Origin: Chitinophagales bacterium
GTDB lineage: Bacteria; Bacteroidota; Bacteroidia; Chitinophagales; Chitinophagaceae
Direction: 5' to 3'
DNA length: 24,000 bases
Assembly: GCA_038203525.1 (NCBI GenBank)
Contig: JBBRDW010000033.1
Location: 1-24,000 of the forward strand
Shown piece after piece: positions 23,295-24,000 of this stretch. The position numbers and the translations under genes were made by a program. Each line of letters starts with the position of its first letter. Positions within the stretch are counted from its first letter, which is position 1. The notes under the pieces are model-generated. The model was not told the DNA's origin and did not search any database. It saw nothing but the letters and a program-made list of their open reading frames with translations.

Positions 23295-24000
23295 ATGATC
23301 AACACTTCTCTCAAAAAAATTATTATTCCCTTTTTACTACTGAGTGCATTTTTTGTTAATGCACAAACCCCAACACAAAAGCTAACACCAGATCCTAATG
23401 TAAAAATTGGCAAGCTGGCAAACGGTTTAACCTATTATATCCGTGAGAATAAAAAGCCGGAAAATAAAGTTGAATTAAGGCTTGTAGTAAACGCCGGCTC
23501 TGTTCTTGAAGACAACGATCAGCAGGGCCTTGCGCATTTCATTGAACACATGGCTTTTAACGGCAGTAAACATTTTAAGAAGAATGAACTGGTTAACACA
23601 CTTCAAAATATGGGTATACAGTTTGGTGCAGACCTAAATGCTTACACCAGTTTTGATGAAACCGTTTACATACTTCCTGTTCCTTTAACAGATACAAGCA
23701 ATCTGCGCAAAGGGTTAACGGTTCTGCAAGACTGGGCCGGCGGCTTATCGTTTGACAATGATCAGATAGATGGAGAAAGAGGCGTAGTGCTGGAGGAAAG
23801 CCGTTTAGGCAAAGGCGCCGAAGACCGTATGTTCAGGAAAATATTTCCCGTAGAATACGCAGGATCTAAATATGCTGAACGTTTACCCATTGGTAAAGAC
23901 AGCATAATAAAAAATGCAAAATATGATGCTGTAAAAAGGTTTTACAAAGAATGGTATCGCCCCAATCTTATGGCAGTAATAGTAGTAGGGGATATTGACC
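23295..24000 (+). CDS. M16 (pitrilysin) family zinc peptidase, N-terminal part; runs off the right edge
   Basis: MINTSLKKIIIPFLLLSAFFVNAQ is a signal peptide. GLAHFIEHMAFNGSKHF is the inverted HxxEH zinc motif. The frame stays open to the window end, so it is not in the ORF track. Confidence 0.88.
   Translation, partial: MINTSLKKIIIPFLLLSAFFVNAQTPTQKLTPDPNVKIGKLANGLTYYIRENKKPENKVELRLVVNAGSVLEDNDQQGLAHFIEHMAFNGSKHFKKNELVNTLQNMGIQFGADLNAYTSFDETVYILPVPLTDTSNLRKGLTVLQDWAGGLSFDNDQIDGERGVVLEESRLGKGAEDRMFRKIFPVEYAGSKYAERLPIGKDSIIKNAKYDAVKRFYKEWYRPNLMAVIVVGDID

Overview
The window looks like a Bacteroidota chromosome. Support: a TonB-dependent receptor with a carboxypeptidase-regulatory-like N-terminus, a MurK-like/MurQ pair, and TAnnTTTG-type -7 boxes. 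The taxon is inference only. The left ~5.3 kb is a decayed defence/mobile patch. It holds a partial cytosine-5 DNA methyltransferase preceded by a small C-protein-like HTH regulator with palindromic candidate operators. It also holds an IS200-like/RAYT tyrosine transposase embedded in its own multi-hairpin repeats, two paralogous Vsr endonuclease genes, and a truncated MNT nucleotidyltransferase. The rest is housekeeping: hemolysin-III, AI-2E transporter, TonB receptor, Rieske oxygenase, M23 peptidase, isoaspartyl peptidase, MurNAc salvage, thioesterase, DinB-family protein, Crp/Fnr, DNA pol IV, 1-Cys peroxiredoxin and M16 peptidase. A frameshifted IS1634-like remnant is also present. The most striking signal is not a gene. 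A 19-bp core, GTACAAGAGTGCGACGCAA, occurs 13 times (8 exact copies), always outside the CDSs called here. It often forms inverted pairs around a ~100-nt centre that varies in sequence but is self-complementary. Each core is flanked on its outer side by a GCCCGG box plus an A/T-rich run. These composites sit at almost every boundary between transcription units. I cannot assign them to any described repeat or ncRNA family from memory, and I flag them as the main candidate for something new.
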